DNA of 64,000 nt from assembly GCA_958295855.1 (NCBI GenBank), contig OY282383.1:183178-247177 (forward strand), in the 5' to 3' direction. A program made the translations under genes and the position numbers. This document shows positions 9,126 to 19,504 of this stretch, in pieces. A model generated the notes under the pieces. The model saw only the letters and a list, made by a program, of their open reading frames with translations, did not search any database and was not told the origin of the DNA. Within the stretch, counting starts at the first letter, position 1. Each line of letters starts with the position of its first letter. This DNA is from an uncultured Poribacteria bacterium. Lineage in GTDB: Bacteria > Poribacteria > WGA-4E > WGA-3G.

Positions 9126-11342
9126 GTGCTTTATAGAAAATTGCTGAAGATGTCCGACAAATCTTACGACTACAGGGCTCCTGCTTTTGGCCACAGAAAA
9201 CGGGGAACTGAATGGCACTACAGGCACCCCCTATACGGCTCGGCTGTTTTCCTAACCCTGTTCGCATTTTTTATCGGATGTGGCGTGCCGAATAATCCCT
9301 ATCCGAAATCTGAACAGAACAAGCAAATCTACTACAGTACGTTTGATGAAGAGCCGAAGCACTTTGACCCGGCGGTGGCTTACAGTTCGGACGAATACAA
9401 TTTCATCCAGCAAATTTATGAGCCGCCTGTGCAATACCATTACCTGAAAAGGCCCTACGAACTGATTCCATTGACAGCGGAGGCGGTGCCGCAACCGCTT
9501 TATTTAGATGCCAGCGGGCTAAAATTGCCGCCAGATACCCCGGCTGAATCGGTGGCACGCGCTATTTATGACATCCGCATCCGCCCAGGAATTATGTATC
9601 AGCCACATCCCTGTTTCGCGAAGACAGAAGACGGTGAGTGGCGTTACCGCAATTTGATAAAAGCAGACGTGAAGGGTTTTACCGAGATTAAAGATTTCGA
9701 GATGACAGGCACTCGCGAGCTCATCGCCGCGGATTATGTCTACCAAATCAAGCGCATGGCAGACCCAAATGTCTCCTGCCCTATTTTCAGTACGCTAAAG
9801 AATTATATCCTTGGCATGGAGACGTATTCCGCTGCGCTTGCGAAGGGACAAGAGGATGCCCCTTTTCCCGGTGTTGAAGTCGTAGACCGGTACACCTATC
9901 GGGTTATCCTCAAGGAGAAGTATCCGCAGTTTGTCTATTGGTTAGCGATGCCGTTCTTTTCACCAATGCCTCAGGAGGCCATTGATTTTTACAAGCAACC
10001 CGTGCTGAAGGAGCGGAACATCGTAATTGATAGGTTTCCGGTGGGAACAGGGCCCTATCGGATAGAGACGCTCGCCCCTAACAAAGAGATAGTTCTCGTC
10101 AAGAATGAGAATTTTCGGATAGAACGTTATCCATCAAGTGGGGAATCGGGGGATAGAGAAGCCGGGCTTTTGGCGGATGCGTGGGAAATCATTCCGTTTG
10201 TTCCCAAAGCGGTTTACAAATTAGAAAAAGAGTACATTCCGCGCTGGAATAAGTTCTTGCAAGGCTACTACGATACCTCCGGTATCTCCTCAGATACATT
10301 TGACAGTGCTATCACCTTCAGCGATGCAGGGGATGCGTCAGCAAGCGAGGCGTTGAAAGCGAAAAGTATCGTGCTGCGCACCAGCGTCAGCCCAACAACG
10401 GTTTACCTCGCATTCAATATGCTGGACGATACCGTCGGTGGTTACACGGAAGCGAAACAGAAACTCCGACAAGCAATTTCCATCGTGTTAGATTACGAAG
10501 AGTACATTGAAATTTTTCTCAATGGACGTGGCGTTGCTTCACAGAGTCCTATTCCGCCAGGCATCTTCGGCTACGAGGAAGGCGAAGTCGGCATGAACCC
10601 TTATGTGTATCACTGGCATGCAGCCACCAGCCGTCCAATTCGCAAATCCGTTGACACCGCGCGGCGCCTCCTCGCTGAAGCCGGTTACCCCGGTGGGCAA
10701 GATAGCAAGGGCAACCCACTCATCCTCCATTTTGACAACGCATGGACGTCGGCAGGGGCCACTTCAATCTTAACATGGATACGCAATAGGTTAGATGAGC
10801 TCGGCATCACGATGCAAAGCCGGACTACCGATTACAATCGTTTTCGCGACAAAGTGAAGAACGCGAACTTCCAAATAATCTCGTGGGGGTGGCACGCCGA
10901 CTACCCCGATGCGGAAAATTTCTTGTTCCTTCTCTATGGCCCAAATAGCAGGGCAACACATGGTGGGGAAAACACTGCCAACTACGATAATCCGGCCTAC
11001 AACCGCCTGTTTGAAAAAATCAAAAATATGGAAAATTCGCCAGAGCGGTTGACACTCATTCGCGAGATGAAAGACATCTTACAACGAGATGCACCGTGGG
11101 TTTTTACCTATCACCCTGTCTCTTTTGGCCTGGCGCATGAGTGGGTGAAAAACAGCAAACCGCGCGGCTTGGGCGGGGGTACTTTGAAATATCTCCGTAT
11201 TGATGCCAGCGAACGGGTGCAAAGTCGTCAGGCGTGGAATCAGCCTGTCATCTGGCCCATTTGGGCATGCGTGGGGTTTCTGATTCTCGGCACGATTCCC
11301 GCGGTTATCACAATTTGGAAACGAGAACGAGGCACCGGCTAG
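9126..11342 (+). CDS. ABC transporter substrate-binding protein, family 5 (oligopeptide/dipeptide-type), lipoprotein with C-terminal membrane helix
   Basis: 738-aa ORF. Lipobox FFIGCG, SBP_bac_5-like core, followed by a permease gene. Confidence 0.6.
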   Translation: MLYRKLLKMSDKSYDYRAPAFGHRKRGTEWHYRHPLYGSAVFLTLFAFFIGCGVPNNPYPKSEQNKQIYYSTFDEEPKHFDPAVAYSSDEYNFIQQIYEPPVQYHYLKRPYELIPLTAEAVPQPLYLDASGLKLPPDTPAESVARAIYDIRIRPGIMYQPHPCFAKTEDGEWRYRNLIKADVKGFTEIKDFEMTGTRELIAADYVYQIKRMADPNVSCPIFSTLKNYILGMETYSAALAKGQEDAPFPGVEVVDRYTYRVILKEKYPQFVYWLAMPFFSPMPQEAIDFYKQPVLKERNIVIDRFPVGTGPYRIETLAPNKEIVLVKNENFRIERYPSSGESGDREAGLLADAWEIIPFVPKAVYKLEKEYIPRWNKFLQGYYDTSGISSDTFDSAITFSDAGDASASEALKAKSIVLRTSVSPTTVYLAFNMLDDTVGGYTEAKQKLRQAISIVLDYEEYIEIFLNGRGVASQSPIPPGIFGYEEGEVGMNPYVYHWHAATSRPIRKSVDTARRLLAEAGYPGGQDSKGNPLILHFDNAWTSAGATSILTWIRNRLDELGITMQSRTTDYNRFRDKVKNANFQIISWGWHADYPDAENFLFLLYGPNSRATHGGENTANYDNPAYNRLFEKIKNMENSPERLTLIREMKDILQRDAPWVFTYHPVSFGLAHEWVKNSKPRGLGGGTLKYLRIDASERVQSRQAWNQPVIWPIWACVGFLILGTIPAVITIWKRERGTG

Positions 11343-11477
11343 GGCGCGGTAGTACGATGTCCATCTCGAAGTAGCCACCACTTAAAAACAGCGGCAGGCG
11401 GCGGAGTGCCGCCCTGACAAGCAGCTGGAAGGTGTTTGCCACTATTTTCAATAGTGGTGAAAATCACTGGGAAAAAA

Positions 11478-12458
11478 ATGCTTACCTACATTATCCGACG
11501 AATCTTTTACGCTATCCCAATTTTAATCGGCGTGAACCTGATAGTCTTTTTTCTGTTCTTTGTTGTGAATTCGCCAGACCAGATGGCGCGCACTATCCTC
11601 GGAGAGAAGAATATCACACAAGAAGATGTAGACAATTGGAAGAGACAGAACGGCTATCACCTGCCGCTATTCCTCAATCAGGAAGAATCTGGCGGCGCGC
11701 GCTTTACACAGACCACTTTTTTCCAGAAATCTGTCAGGCTCTTTCTCTTTGATTTTGGTACATCAGATGCCAACAACATTGACATCACTTCCCAAATTTC
11801 GCAACGGATGTGGGCAAGTTTCGCAATTGCATTGCCGACGTTTCTCATCGGCCTCTTGGTAAATATTACCATCTCAATGATTGTCGCTTACTACCGTGCC
11901 ACCTACGTAGATTTTTGGGGGACAATCGTCGCTGTCATTATCATGTCCATCTCCCAGCTCTTCTATATTATCGGTGGGCAGTGGGTGTTCGGAAAAATGT
12001 TGCGTCTCTTCCCGATTTCCGGGTACGATTCCGGTGCCAACATGCTGAAATTCGTGATTCTGCCGGTAATCATCGGTATCCTGAGTGGCATCGGCGGCGG
12101 TATCCGCTTTTATCGGACGATATTTCTGGAAGAGGTCAATCGTGACTATGTGCGAACGGCGCGCGCGAAAGGATTAAGCGAAACGGTTGTTCTTTTTAAG
12201 CACGCACTGAAAAATGCGATGATTCCGATTCTGACAAACGTGGTGCTGGCCATTCCGTTCCTCTTTATGGGCAGTTTGGTTATGGAAGCCTTCTTCGCCA
12301 TTCCGGGGCTGGGTGGGTTCATGATTGACGCAATTCAGGCACAAGATTTCGCCATTGTGCGGAGCATGGTCTACCTCGGATCGGTGCTGTACATTATCGG
12401 CTTTCTGTTGACAGATATTAGCTACACCTTAGTCGACCCGCGCATCCGATTTGATTGA
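11478..12458 (+). CDS. ABC transporter permease (OppB/DppB-like)
   Basis: ORF 11436..12458. Start moved to the ATG at 11478 (MLTYIIRRIFYAIP, the typical OppB N-terminus). Multi-TM protein with an EAA-like loop (RTARAKGLSE). Confidence 0.65.
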   Translation: MLTYIIRRIFYAIPILIGVNLIVFFLFFVVNSPDQMARTILGEKNITQEDVDNWKRQNGYHLPLFLNQEESGGARFTQTTFFQKSVRLFLFDFGTSDANNIDITSQISQRMWASFAIALPTFLIGLLVNITISMIVAYYRATYVDFWGTIVAVIIMSISQLFYIIGGQWVFGKMLRLFPISGYDSGANMLKFVILPVIIGILSGIGGGIRFYRTIFLEEVNRDYVRTARAKGLSETVVLFKHALKNAMIPILTNVVLAIPFLFMGSLVMEAFFAIPGLGGFMIDAIQAQDFAIVRSMVYLGSVLYIIGFLLTDISYTLVDPRIRFD

Positions 12459-12548
12459 GTGATACCAGATTAACTGCATTTATAAGCGCGGAGCCCTGTC
12501 TTTGTCTGGAAACCTCCGCATAAAAAAAATAATACAAATTGGGTTAAA

Positions 12549-12986
12549 ATGATCTCAGAAAATAGGACTTTTCAAATTATTCAAGGGCTAATTAGCCTCG
12601 CTTTGGGGAGCATCAGTATTGTATTACTGGTGACACTTCGGCGTTTAGGGTATCCTACGGCTATCTTGTCAACTTTTCTTGTTGTAGGGCTAACCCTGAT
12701 TTTCACAGGCGACTACCTCATCAACCTATTTAAATTGCCAGTAACCCCTCGAAAGCAGGAGATTGCGAGCGATGTTGGCCTGATGGCTTACGGGGTGTTT
12801 TACCTGGGCATTGCGATGTCAAAACTTCTACAGCCACACTGGATAACCGGTGGATTTCCGCTGTTCTTTCAACCGATTTGGGTACGGCGAGGCTTAGCGG
12901 GGGTTGGAATTGTGCTGATTCTGGCGGGTGCTTACGGCATTTATCAATTACAAAACGGACAATTGCCAGAAAAACCGTCAGAATAA
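12549..12986 (+). CDS. Hypothetical small integral membrane protein (4 predicted TM segments)
   Basis: 145-aa hydrophobic ORF. Confidence 0.4.
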   Translation: MISENRTFQIIQGLISLALGSISIVLLVTLRRLGYPTAILSTFLVVGLTLIFTGDYLINLFKLPVTPRKQEIASDVGLMAYGVFYLGIAMSKLLQPHWITGGFPLFFQPIWVRRGLAGVGIVLILAGAYGIYQLQNGQLPEKPSE

Positions 12987-13028
12987 GCAGGCACGCTATC
13001 CTAAGCGCGCCTACATGAAGCGTGCTGT

Positions 13029-13334
13029 TCAACGTGCAATAATCACTGCATAGCGGAGGGGCGTGTCGCCTACATTCCGGATGCCGTGTAAAACCCGGCA
13101 ATCCACATGGATAGCTTGGTTGTCGGTGAGACGGTGCTTCTGCTCGCCAAAAACGACTTCGCCTTCGCCGGAGAAAACGTAGAAAATTTCCTGTCCATCG
13201 TGCTGATGCGGCGGATGCGCGCGAGTCCCGGGTGCCACCTCCGAGATATGGAGATGGAGCTGCTCGCTGTCTGCCCCCGCTTCAAAAATAAAGCGATCAA
13301 TTCCTTTGATGTCGCTTCTCACGTCTGTTCCCAT
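13029..13334 (-). CDS. Cupin domain protein
   Basis: 101 aa. HPPHQHDGQEIFYVFSGEG cupin motif 1 and HGIRNVG motif 2. Confidence 0.65.
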   Translation of the reverse strand: MGTDVRSDIKGIDRFIFEAGADSEQLHLHISEVAPGTRAHPPHQHDGQEIFYVFSGEGEVVFGEQKHRLTDNQAIHVDCRVLHGIRNVGDTPLRYAVIIAR

Positions 13335-13501
13335 GACAATTCCTCTCTTTTCGTGCTGTGCCCAATCCGAAGACTGGTTCTAAAAATTTTGAGATTGTAA
13401 AATCTAAGCATAAGTGGACACGCTCTTGTAGGCGCGGTTTTTAACATGCAGCGTTAATTCCTAATTATAATGTAGCGTGCCTGTCGAAAATTGTCAAGTT
13501 G

Positions 13502-13530
13502 TTGACTCAAAATCGAGATTTTGCTATACT
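13502..13530 (+). promoter_or_regulatory. Sigma70-type promoter: TTGACT, 17-bp spacer, TATACT
   Basis: Near-consensus hexamers with ideal spacing, about 165 nt upstream of the aquaporin ATG. The long leader contains repeat modules. Confidence 0.5.
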
Positions 13531-13694
13531 TTTGCCGATACGGGCTTAGGGCTATTTAGTTTTCAGTTTTTTGTTGCATCTACGGAATAAGTCGGGATTC
13601 GGACATCCCTCCTACGGGAGAACTAAATGCCCTATATGGACTTGCAAGTTATGTCCTTGATAGGCTAACATTTTCAAATTCAAGGGGGAGTTTC

Positions 13695-14363
13695 ATGAAT
13701 ACGAAGAACTTAGTTGCTGAATTTATCGGCACCTTCGCGCTCATTTTTATTGGTGCAGGCGCGTTGGCACTCACGCAGGCAAATTTAGTGGGTGTCGCAC
13801 TTGCCCACGGCTTAGTTATTGTGACGTTTGCGTATGCTTATGGCCACATTTCCGGCACGCATATCAACCCGGCTGTGACACTTGGACTCCTGATAGCGGG
13901 AGAGATCCAAATCGCCGCAGCTGTAGGGTATTGGATTGCTCAGTTTATTGGCGGAATTTTGGGGGCAGTGGTACTCAATGCAGTGCTACCGAATGCGGGC
14001 GACCTCGGTGTGACAATTTTAACAACGGAGGCTAATGGCGGGCCCTTCACGGTGACTGCCACGCAAGGGCTCATCGTCGAAATCGTGCTCACCTTTTTCC
14101 TCGTCAATACGATTTTCAATACGGCTGTAAGCGGAAAAGCGGGGAATTTTGCGGGGCTCGCCATTGGACTAACTTTGGTGCTTTGCATTCTCATGGGCGG
14201 TCCGTTGACACGTGCTTCCCTCAATCCTGCGCGGACGTTGGGCCCTGCGATTGTCAGCGGCAATTACGCGGATATCTGGCTATATTTCGTGGGTCCGTTT
14301 GTGGGAGGGGCGCTCGCCGCGCTGCTCTATATTGGCGTTTTGAAAGAGAAAGAAGCAGATTAG
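13695..14363 (+). CDS. Aquaporin / MIP-family channel (AqpZ/GlpF-like)
   Basis: Two NPA boxes (HINPAVTLG and SLNPARTLG). 222 aa. AAGGGGGAG SD. Confidence 0.85.
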   Translation: MNTKNLVAEFIGTFALIFIGAGALALTQANLVGVALAHGLVIVTFAYAYGHISGTHINPAVTLGLLIAGEIQIAAAVGYWIAQFIGGILGAVVLNAVLPNAGDLGVTILTTEANGGPFTVTATQGLIVEIVLTFFLVNTIFNTAVSGKAGNFAGLAIGLTLVLCILMGGPLTRASLNPARTLGPAIVSGNYADIWLYFVGPFVGGALAALLYIGVLKEKEAD

Positions 14364-14591
14364 TGCATGGGCGGGCATCCGTTCCTTGGGGGCATTTAGG
14401 GGGCGTTCCGGCCCTGCTGCGGGAAATCGTAGCGGGAGGTCGCCGTGCGTCGCCAGCGGATGTGGGCGGACATGAGGGCGCGCCGTTAGAATGCACGTCG
14501 CATTTGGGCGAATTACGCCGCAAAACCGCGTCTACAAGAAGAGATAAAGGCAGAAAAAAGAGAGGCTGGTGCGGTAAGGCACCAGCCCTTT

Positions 14592-14702
14592 CTCTGTCTG
14601 CTAACGGCACGCGGAGCGTGCCTGCTACTTTGTCTGCTAACGGCACGGCGGAGCGTGCCTGCTACTTTGTCTGCTAACGGCACGGCGGAGCGTGCCTGCT
14701 AC
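14592..14702. repeat. Three tandem copies of the hairpin module TGTCTGCTAACGGCACG(G)CGGAGCGTGCCTGCTACTT
   Basis: Stem GGCACGC/GCGTGCC with loop GGA. Lies between convergent genes and is terminator-like. Confidence 0.8.
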
Positions 14703-14722
14703 TTTGTCCGCCCCGAAGCCGA

Positions 14723-15175
14723 TTAAGCGTTGACGCGGATCGGAATTTCCGTAGGCTTGGCTTCTTCCGCTTTCGGAATGTCAAGCGTCAGAACACCATC
14801 TTTGAACTCGGCTTTGATATCATCCGCCTTGACTGTCGGCGGGAGCGTAAATGCCCGTTGGAACCTTCCATAGGGGCGTTCGACTCGGCGGTAGTTTTTG
14901 CTGTCGTCCACCTGTTCCTGACGCTTTTCGCCTTTGAGCGTCAAGCGGTTCTCTTTTACGGAGACCTGGATATCGTCCTGAGTGACACCCGGGAGTTCGG
15001 CGCGAACTTCAAAACTATCGTCCGTTTCAGCAATATCAACGGAGGGGGACCAGTTGTGTTCGCCTGCTACGGTTCGCATGCCCTGATAGACAAATGGGTG
15101 CTGGAAAATTCGCCAGGGTCTGTTGTGAAGTTTGAACAGATTTGCTGCCGGTCGACGTAAGGTTACATAAGTCAT
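14723..15175 (-). CDS. Hsp20/alpha-crystallin family small heat-shock protein
   Basis: 150 aa with an alpha-crystallin domain (SVDIAETDDSFEVRAELPGV...). Confidence 0.85.
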   Translation of the reverse strand: MTYVTLRRPAANLFKLHNRPWRIFQHPFVYQGMRTVAGEHNWSPSVDIAETDDSFEVRAELPGVTQDDIQVSVKENRLTLKGEKRQEQVDDSKNYRRVERPYGRFQRAFTLPPTVKADDIKAEFKDGVLTLDIPKAEEAKPTEIPIRVNA

Positions 15176-15336
15176 TTTGGATTCTCCTTTTTGTATTCTG
15201 TTTTCTGTCCGCTCGTCGCGGTGGTTTGATGACGAGTGGTGTAACTATCCTACCGTGATACTGGTGGGGCCAGCCCCGTGTGCTATCCTTTCGCTTGCAA
15301 CAGCCAGCAGACGGGGCTGATTCCGAGGTACCTTGG

Positions 15337-15789
15337 TTAAGATTTCACCGTAATCGGGATGTGCGTCTGTTTTGCCTCTTCTGCTTTGGGAATTGTCACC
15401 CTTAAGACACCATCGCCGAATTTTGCTGTGATAGCCGTGGATTCAACGTTCCGTGGCAAGGTGAATGTCCTTTGGAAGCTACCATACCGCCGTTCGACGC
15501 GGTGGTAGTTTTTGTCCTCAGTTTCTGCTTCCTGTCTTTTTTCGCCCTTGATTGTCAGCACGTTGTCGATTACTGAAACATGGACATCGCTTTCCGTAAC
15601 ACCGGGGAGTTCTGCGCGAACTTCAAAACTATTGTCCGTTTCAGAAATATCAACGGAAGGCCTCCAAGGGGTGTCACCGGCATCAGTTCTGCCTTCTCGA
15701 GACTCAAACAGGTCTTCAAAAGTACGTCCCATTTCGGAGTGAAGGTTGAACAGGTTACCGATGGGGCTGCGTGTGGTTAAGAATGCCAT
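15337..15789 (-). CDS. Hsp20/alpha-crystallin family small heat-shock protein (tandem paralog)
   Basis: 150 aa, highly similar to the adjacent gene at 14723..15175. Confidence 0.85.
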   Translation of the reverse strand: MAFLTTRSPIGNLFNLHSEMGRTFEDLFESREGRTDAGDTPWRPSVDISETDNSFEVRAELPGVTESDVHVSVIDNVLTIKGEKRQEAETEDKNYHRVERRYGSFQRTFTLPRNVESTAITAKFGDGVLRVTIPKAEEAKQTHIPITVKS

Positions 15790-15819
15790 TTTTATTCTCC
15801 TTTTGGATTTTGTTATGTT

Positions 15820-16100
15820 AATAACACTATGTGCAAGTTCTATGCCAACTTCTTAAGGTGCAAGCAAATAAGGCTATTAACCCCCGCTTTGCGGGGGCAA
15901 ATACCACAGATGCTCGCGATTTATTAACATATAAGCAAGTTCTGTGCCAAACCAGTACAGGTTGTGGGCAAACACTGCGGCCCTGCCTGTACTGGTTGTA
16001 CTGGTGATAGGCAGGCACTGCGGAAACCCTGCCTGTCCGTGTACAGGTGATGGGCAGGCACTACGGCACCCCTGCCGTTTTTGGCACAAGCGTGCCACTA
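15820..16100. repeat. Repeat-rich region upstream of the Hsp20 pair: two copies of a 25-bp motif (A[CT]A[CT][AT]A[GT]TGCAAGTTCT[AG]TGCCAA), a palindromic element, and tandem GGCAGGCACTGCGG...CCTGCC units
   Basis: Direct reading of the sequence; possible regulatory region. Confidence 0.5.
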
Positions 16101-16150
16101 TGGAGTGGTGGGGATGTCAAAAAGACACACCGAGAGGGAGGAAGGGAGAG

Positions 16151-16801
16151 CTACCGGGACAAGTTTTCATGGATGCGGGCGCGGATACCAGCGGCAAGCG
16201 TGTGCAATGCAACCGGATTTTCGTCCTGAAACGGGATAACCAGGTCAGCGTACTTTTTGCAAGGTTCCGTGTAAACGGGAAAGTTGGGTAGCACATCTCG
16301 CCGGTACCAGTTGATTGCCCATTCCAGGTCGCCGCCGCGTTGCGCGACATCGCGGAGCATCCGTCGCAGTACCCGTTCATGCGCATCTACATCAAGGAAC
16401 AGCTTAATATCCATCAAGTCTCGCAAGGGTTCGCTCCAGAAGATGAGGTGGCCTTCCACAATAACGATGTCGCTCGGTTGCACGCACGAATTTTCGTCAG
16501 CGCGCTGCGCTGCACGTGTACCGGGGGTAGGTATTTTAATAGCCTCGCGCGCCCGGAGTTTCTCAATGTCTGTGATGAGAGCATCCCATAGTACTACATC
16601 CGGGTGATTAGCGGTGATGACGCGCTCCCGCTCTGCTGGTGAATATTCTGCCCAGTCGCGAAAATAGGAGTCTTGGTTTAGCACGACCGGCGCGAACTCA
16701 GCGAGTTGTTCTGCCAAAGCACTTGCAAACGTCGTTTTCCCAGAGGCGGAACCGCCCATAATCCCAACAGTGATAGGGGTGAAACGCTCATTTTTATTCA
16801 T
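16151..16801 (-). CDS. udk: Uridine kinase (uridine/cytidine kinase family)
   Basis: ORF 16151..16882. Start moved to MNKNERF (AAAGGAGAAAAAATG). P-loop GGSASGKTT and Udk-like downstream motifs. Confidence 0.65.
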   Translation of the reverse strand: MNKNERFTPITVGIMGGSASGKTTFASALAEQLAEFAPVVLNQDSYFRDWAEYSPAERERVITANHPDVVLWDALITDIEKLRAREAIKIPTPGTRAAQRADENSCVQPSDIVIVEGHLIFWSEPLRDLMDIKLFLDVDAHERVLRRMLRDVAQRGGDLEWAINWYRRDVLPNFPVYTEPCKKYADLVIPFQDENPVALHTLAAGIRARIHENLSR

Positions 16802-17047
16802 TTTTTCTCCTTTCCTTCCCATTTGATGCAGGAACCTGAACCGATACGTCCCAAATGAAAACCAGAGTGTCCCTAGGGACATCTTTCCATGCTTTAGTCC
16901 CGTAGGGCCAATATCTGTCTAGAAACCGAATGCTTTAGTCCCATAGAACGGAGCAACGAATGAGCATTTTGATTAAGAATACGGGCGGGCACTTCGGCCT
17001 CGCCCGTATAGTTCAGTTGTATGACACTGCAATCCACTCCCGACAGT

Positions 17048-19504
17048 TCATCGGACGAAGAGGAAGGCACGCGATGAAATGAGTGCCCATAGCAAATCCT
17101 CGCATCCTGCGCGGCGCCTCGGGCTCTCCGCAAGATACGCTTCGGCAGTTTCAATCTCCTCGTCTGATGGGAACCGACTCAACGTAGTGAGGTACAGCAC
17201 CCTAATTAATTCCTGGTTGTCCAGTTTCGCCTCTATCAAACGGGTAAGCATCCCTTCGCCGCTTTTCAACTTTTTATGGACATAAGGGGCGTTAATCATG
17301 TGGAGTGCTTGGGCGAGCGTCGGTTCAAGTGTCGGTTCTAAATCGCCGAGGAATTCCCTATCGGAACGTCCGTACAAGGCCAAGAAGCGTGAGCTCACTG
17401 GCAGCGGCAGTTGAACAGACCGGGTGCCGAGCGGGTAACGCCCATATTTTTCTTGGGTACCTGTAACATCGTTTAGGACATCCAGCAACACCTGCGCGAC
17501 CATGGGACGCGGATAGAATCGCGAGAAAAACCGGTCATCCAACTGATTTGTCTCATTCGGTACTGCGGAGAGTTGGTAGGTACGCGAATTGAGAATCTGT
17601 TTAATCAGGTGTTTGGTATCAAACCCACTTTGGACAAAATCGTCTGCCAACGCCTCCAAGAGTCCTTCAACACTCGGTGGGGTTGTCGCCCGCATATCGT
17701 CAACCGGGTCAACGATGCCTCTGCCAAAATAGTGGCTCCATAGCCGGTTCACAGTTGCTTTCGCGAAGTAGGGGTTCGTCGAGGAGGTCATCCAGTCCGC
17801 CAGCAGTTGTAGTACATCTCCCTGATAATTCGCAGAAAGCGTTTCACCGCCGAGGAAGGTTGGTAAGGCCACCTCACCACGGTTTCCCTGTACGGATTGG
17901 TTGATAACGCGGCCAGTGGGATCGTAGTAGACAACCTGCTCGTTGTAGAGTTCGCCGGGTCGGGTACCTACTTTTCCTGTGAAGGCGGCAAAGTTCCAAT
18001 AATCATCAGTTGTCCATCTGTCAAAAGGATGTTTATGGCATCTGGCGCAACTGAGACGGATGCCCAGGAACACCTGTGCAGTTGTTTCAGCTCTGCCTGC
18101 GGGTTGTTGCTCAATTCGGTAGTAGTTTGCCGGTCCGTGCTGATAGGTGCTGCCTCTTGCGGCTATGAGTTCTCGGACAACCTCGTCGTAAGGTCTGTTT
18201 CGTGCGGCAGCGTCCCACACCCATTCGTGAAAGAGAGTTGCGCCGCGTTCTCCGAAAGCACCGTTCCCCAATGCACGGGGGTGGATGCGTAACATATCCG
18301 CTAATTTGAGCGTGCGCAAGTCTACCCATTCTGGTGTCTCAAGGAGCATATCGATGAGGTTTGCGCGTTTGTCGGGATGCGTATCGGCAAGGAATGCTTT
18401 CACCTCATCAACTGTCGGGAGCCTCCCGACAGTATCCAGATAGACTCTGCGAATAAACGTGGCATCGGTTGACAGGGCAGAGGGGCTCACATTCAACTTT
18501 TTCAGTTTCGCCAGGACGAATTCATCAATAAAGTTGTTGGTTACAAATTCTTGTAAGGGCGGATTTTCATATTCGTCTGCCCGCGGAATTGTCACGAAAG
18601 ATGCTGTAACAACGCCTAAGAATCGTGCAATAACCGCTGTGCCGCCCCATCGCACGCTTGTCACTTCACCTGTCTCAGAGACCTCCGCCACAGGTGTATC
18701 TTTGGATTCATAAACAGTCTGCGCGGTTACATCTTCAACGGCCCCGTCGGTAAAATAGGCGAGTACTTTGAGTTGTTGAGTTTCCCCCACATCAGACAGG
18801 ACAAACGTCTCTGGCTGGACTTCAAGTTTCATAAGCCGCGGTTCGTCTTCGGAGAAGGGGGCCCCTGCTTCAATCCAGCGAAGAATGGTTAATGCCTCCT
18901 CCGAATTGGGTTCAAACCGCAATCCGCCTTCATGCGGCACCTGCGCGGTGGGTTTGAGGAGAAAAAGGCTCTGATCCGGTTCAAGCAGGTTAATCCTTCT
19001 GCCGCGGTTATGATGGACAATCGGTTCATAATCTGATTCCGGATTTAATGTCAGCAAAGAGAGATTCAATCCGCCTTGGCCACCGAATTTTCCGTGGCAC
19101 ATGCCAGCGGAGCACCCCTGTTTATCAAGAATAGGTGCAATGTCTTTGAGGAAGCGCGGCGGCCCACCCGTTTCCGAGGAAGATGTAGGGCCGGTGCCTG
19201 CTTCGCCGATTCCCGCATCTGCTATCGGGGCCGGCCCGCCCTTTTCCTGCCTGTCCGCTGATGTGCCGGTTATGTTCGCCTGTGCGGCGAGCGTTATCGC
19301 AAACAAAAACAAAATCACGCTATGAATTAGTGGCCCGCCCACCCGTTTCCGAACTCGGTGCTGAGCTATGGGTTTGTTTGTAGCTGGTGCTTTTCGCGCA
19401 ACTGCCACAAACCGATGGCTGACGGTTGGCGTATGGGGGTTCCAAACCTGTCCCGTAATGCCACTCGATGTTCCGATTAAGTTCTTTGCAGTTAAGTTTT
19501 TCAT
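17048..19504 (-). CDS. DUF1549/DUF1553 (PSD1-type) domain protein, secreted or membrane-anchored
   Basis: 818 aa. Characteristic CARCHKHPFD motif and DUF1553-like C-terminus. Its ATG overlaps the lon stop (ATGA). Confidence 0.6.
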   Translation of the reverse strand: MKNLTAKNLIGTSSGITGQVWNPHTPTVSHRFVAVARKAPATNKPIAQHRVRKRVGGPLIHSVILFLFAITLAAQANITGTSADRQEKGGPAPIADAGIGEAGTGPTSSSETGGPPRFLKDIAPILDKQGCSAGMCHGKFGGQGGLNLSLLTLNPESDYEPIVHHNRGRRINLLEPDQSLFLLKPTAQVPHEGGLRFEPNSEEALTILRWIEAGAPFSEDEPRLMKLEVQPETFVLSDVGETQQLKVLAYFTDGAVEDVTAQTVYESKDTPVAEVSETGEVTSVRWGGTAVIARFLGVVTASFVTIPRADEYENPPLQEFVTNNFIDEFVLAKLKKLNVSPSALSTDATFIRRVYLDTVGRLPTVDEVKAFLADTHPDKRANLIDMLLETPEWVDLRTLKLADMLRIHPRALGNGAFGERGATLFHEWVWDAAARNRPYDEVVRELIAARGSTYQHGPANYYRIEQQPAGRAETTAQVFLGIRLSCARCHKHPFDRWTTDDYWNFAAFTGKVGTRPGELYNEQVVYYDPTGRVINQSVQGNRGEVALPTFLGGETLSANYQGDVLQLLADWMTSSTNPYFAKATVNRLWSHYFGRGIVDPVDDMRATTPPSVEGLLEALADDFVQSGFDTKHLIKQILNSRTYQLSAVPNETNQLDDRFFSRFYPRPMVAQVLLDVLNDVTGTQEKYGRYPLGTRSVQLPLPVSSRFLALYGRSDREFLGDLEPTLEPTLAQALHMINAPYVHKKLKSGEGMLTRLIEAKLDNQELIRVLYLTTLSRFPSDEEIETAEAYLAESPRRRAGCEDLLWALISSRAFLFVR

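Noticed and set aside
16869-16960. Perfect 12-bp palindrome GTCCCTAGGGAC and a duplicated AATGCTTTAGTCCC[GA]TAG motif between udk and the DUF1549 gene
   Set aside because: The motif is short and occurs only twice, both times here, with no downstream T-run; its function cannot be supported from sequence alone. It may be a terminator remnant or a restriction-site-like palindrome.
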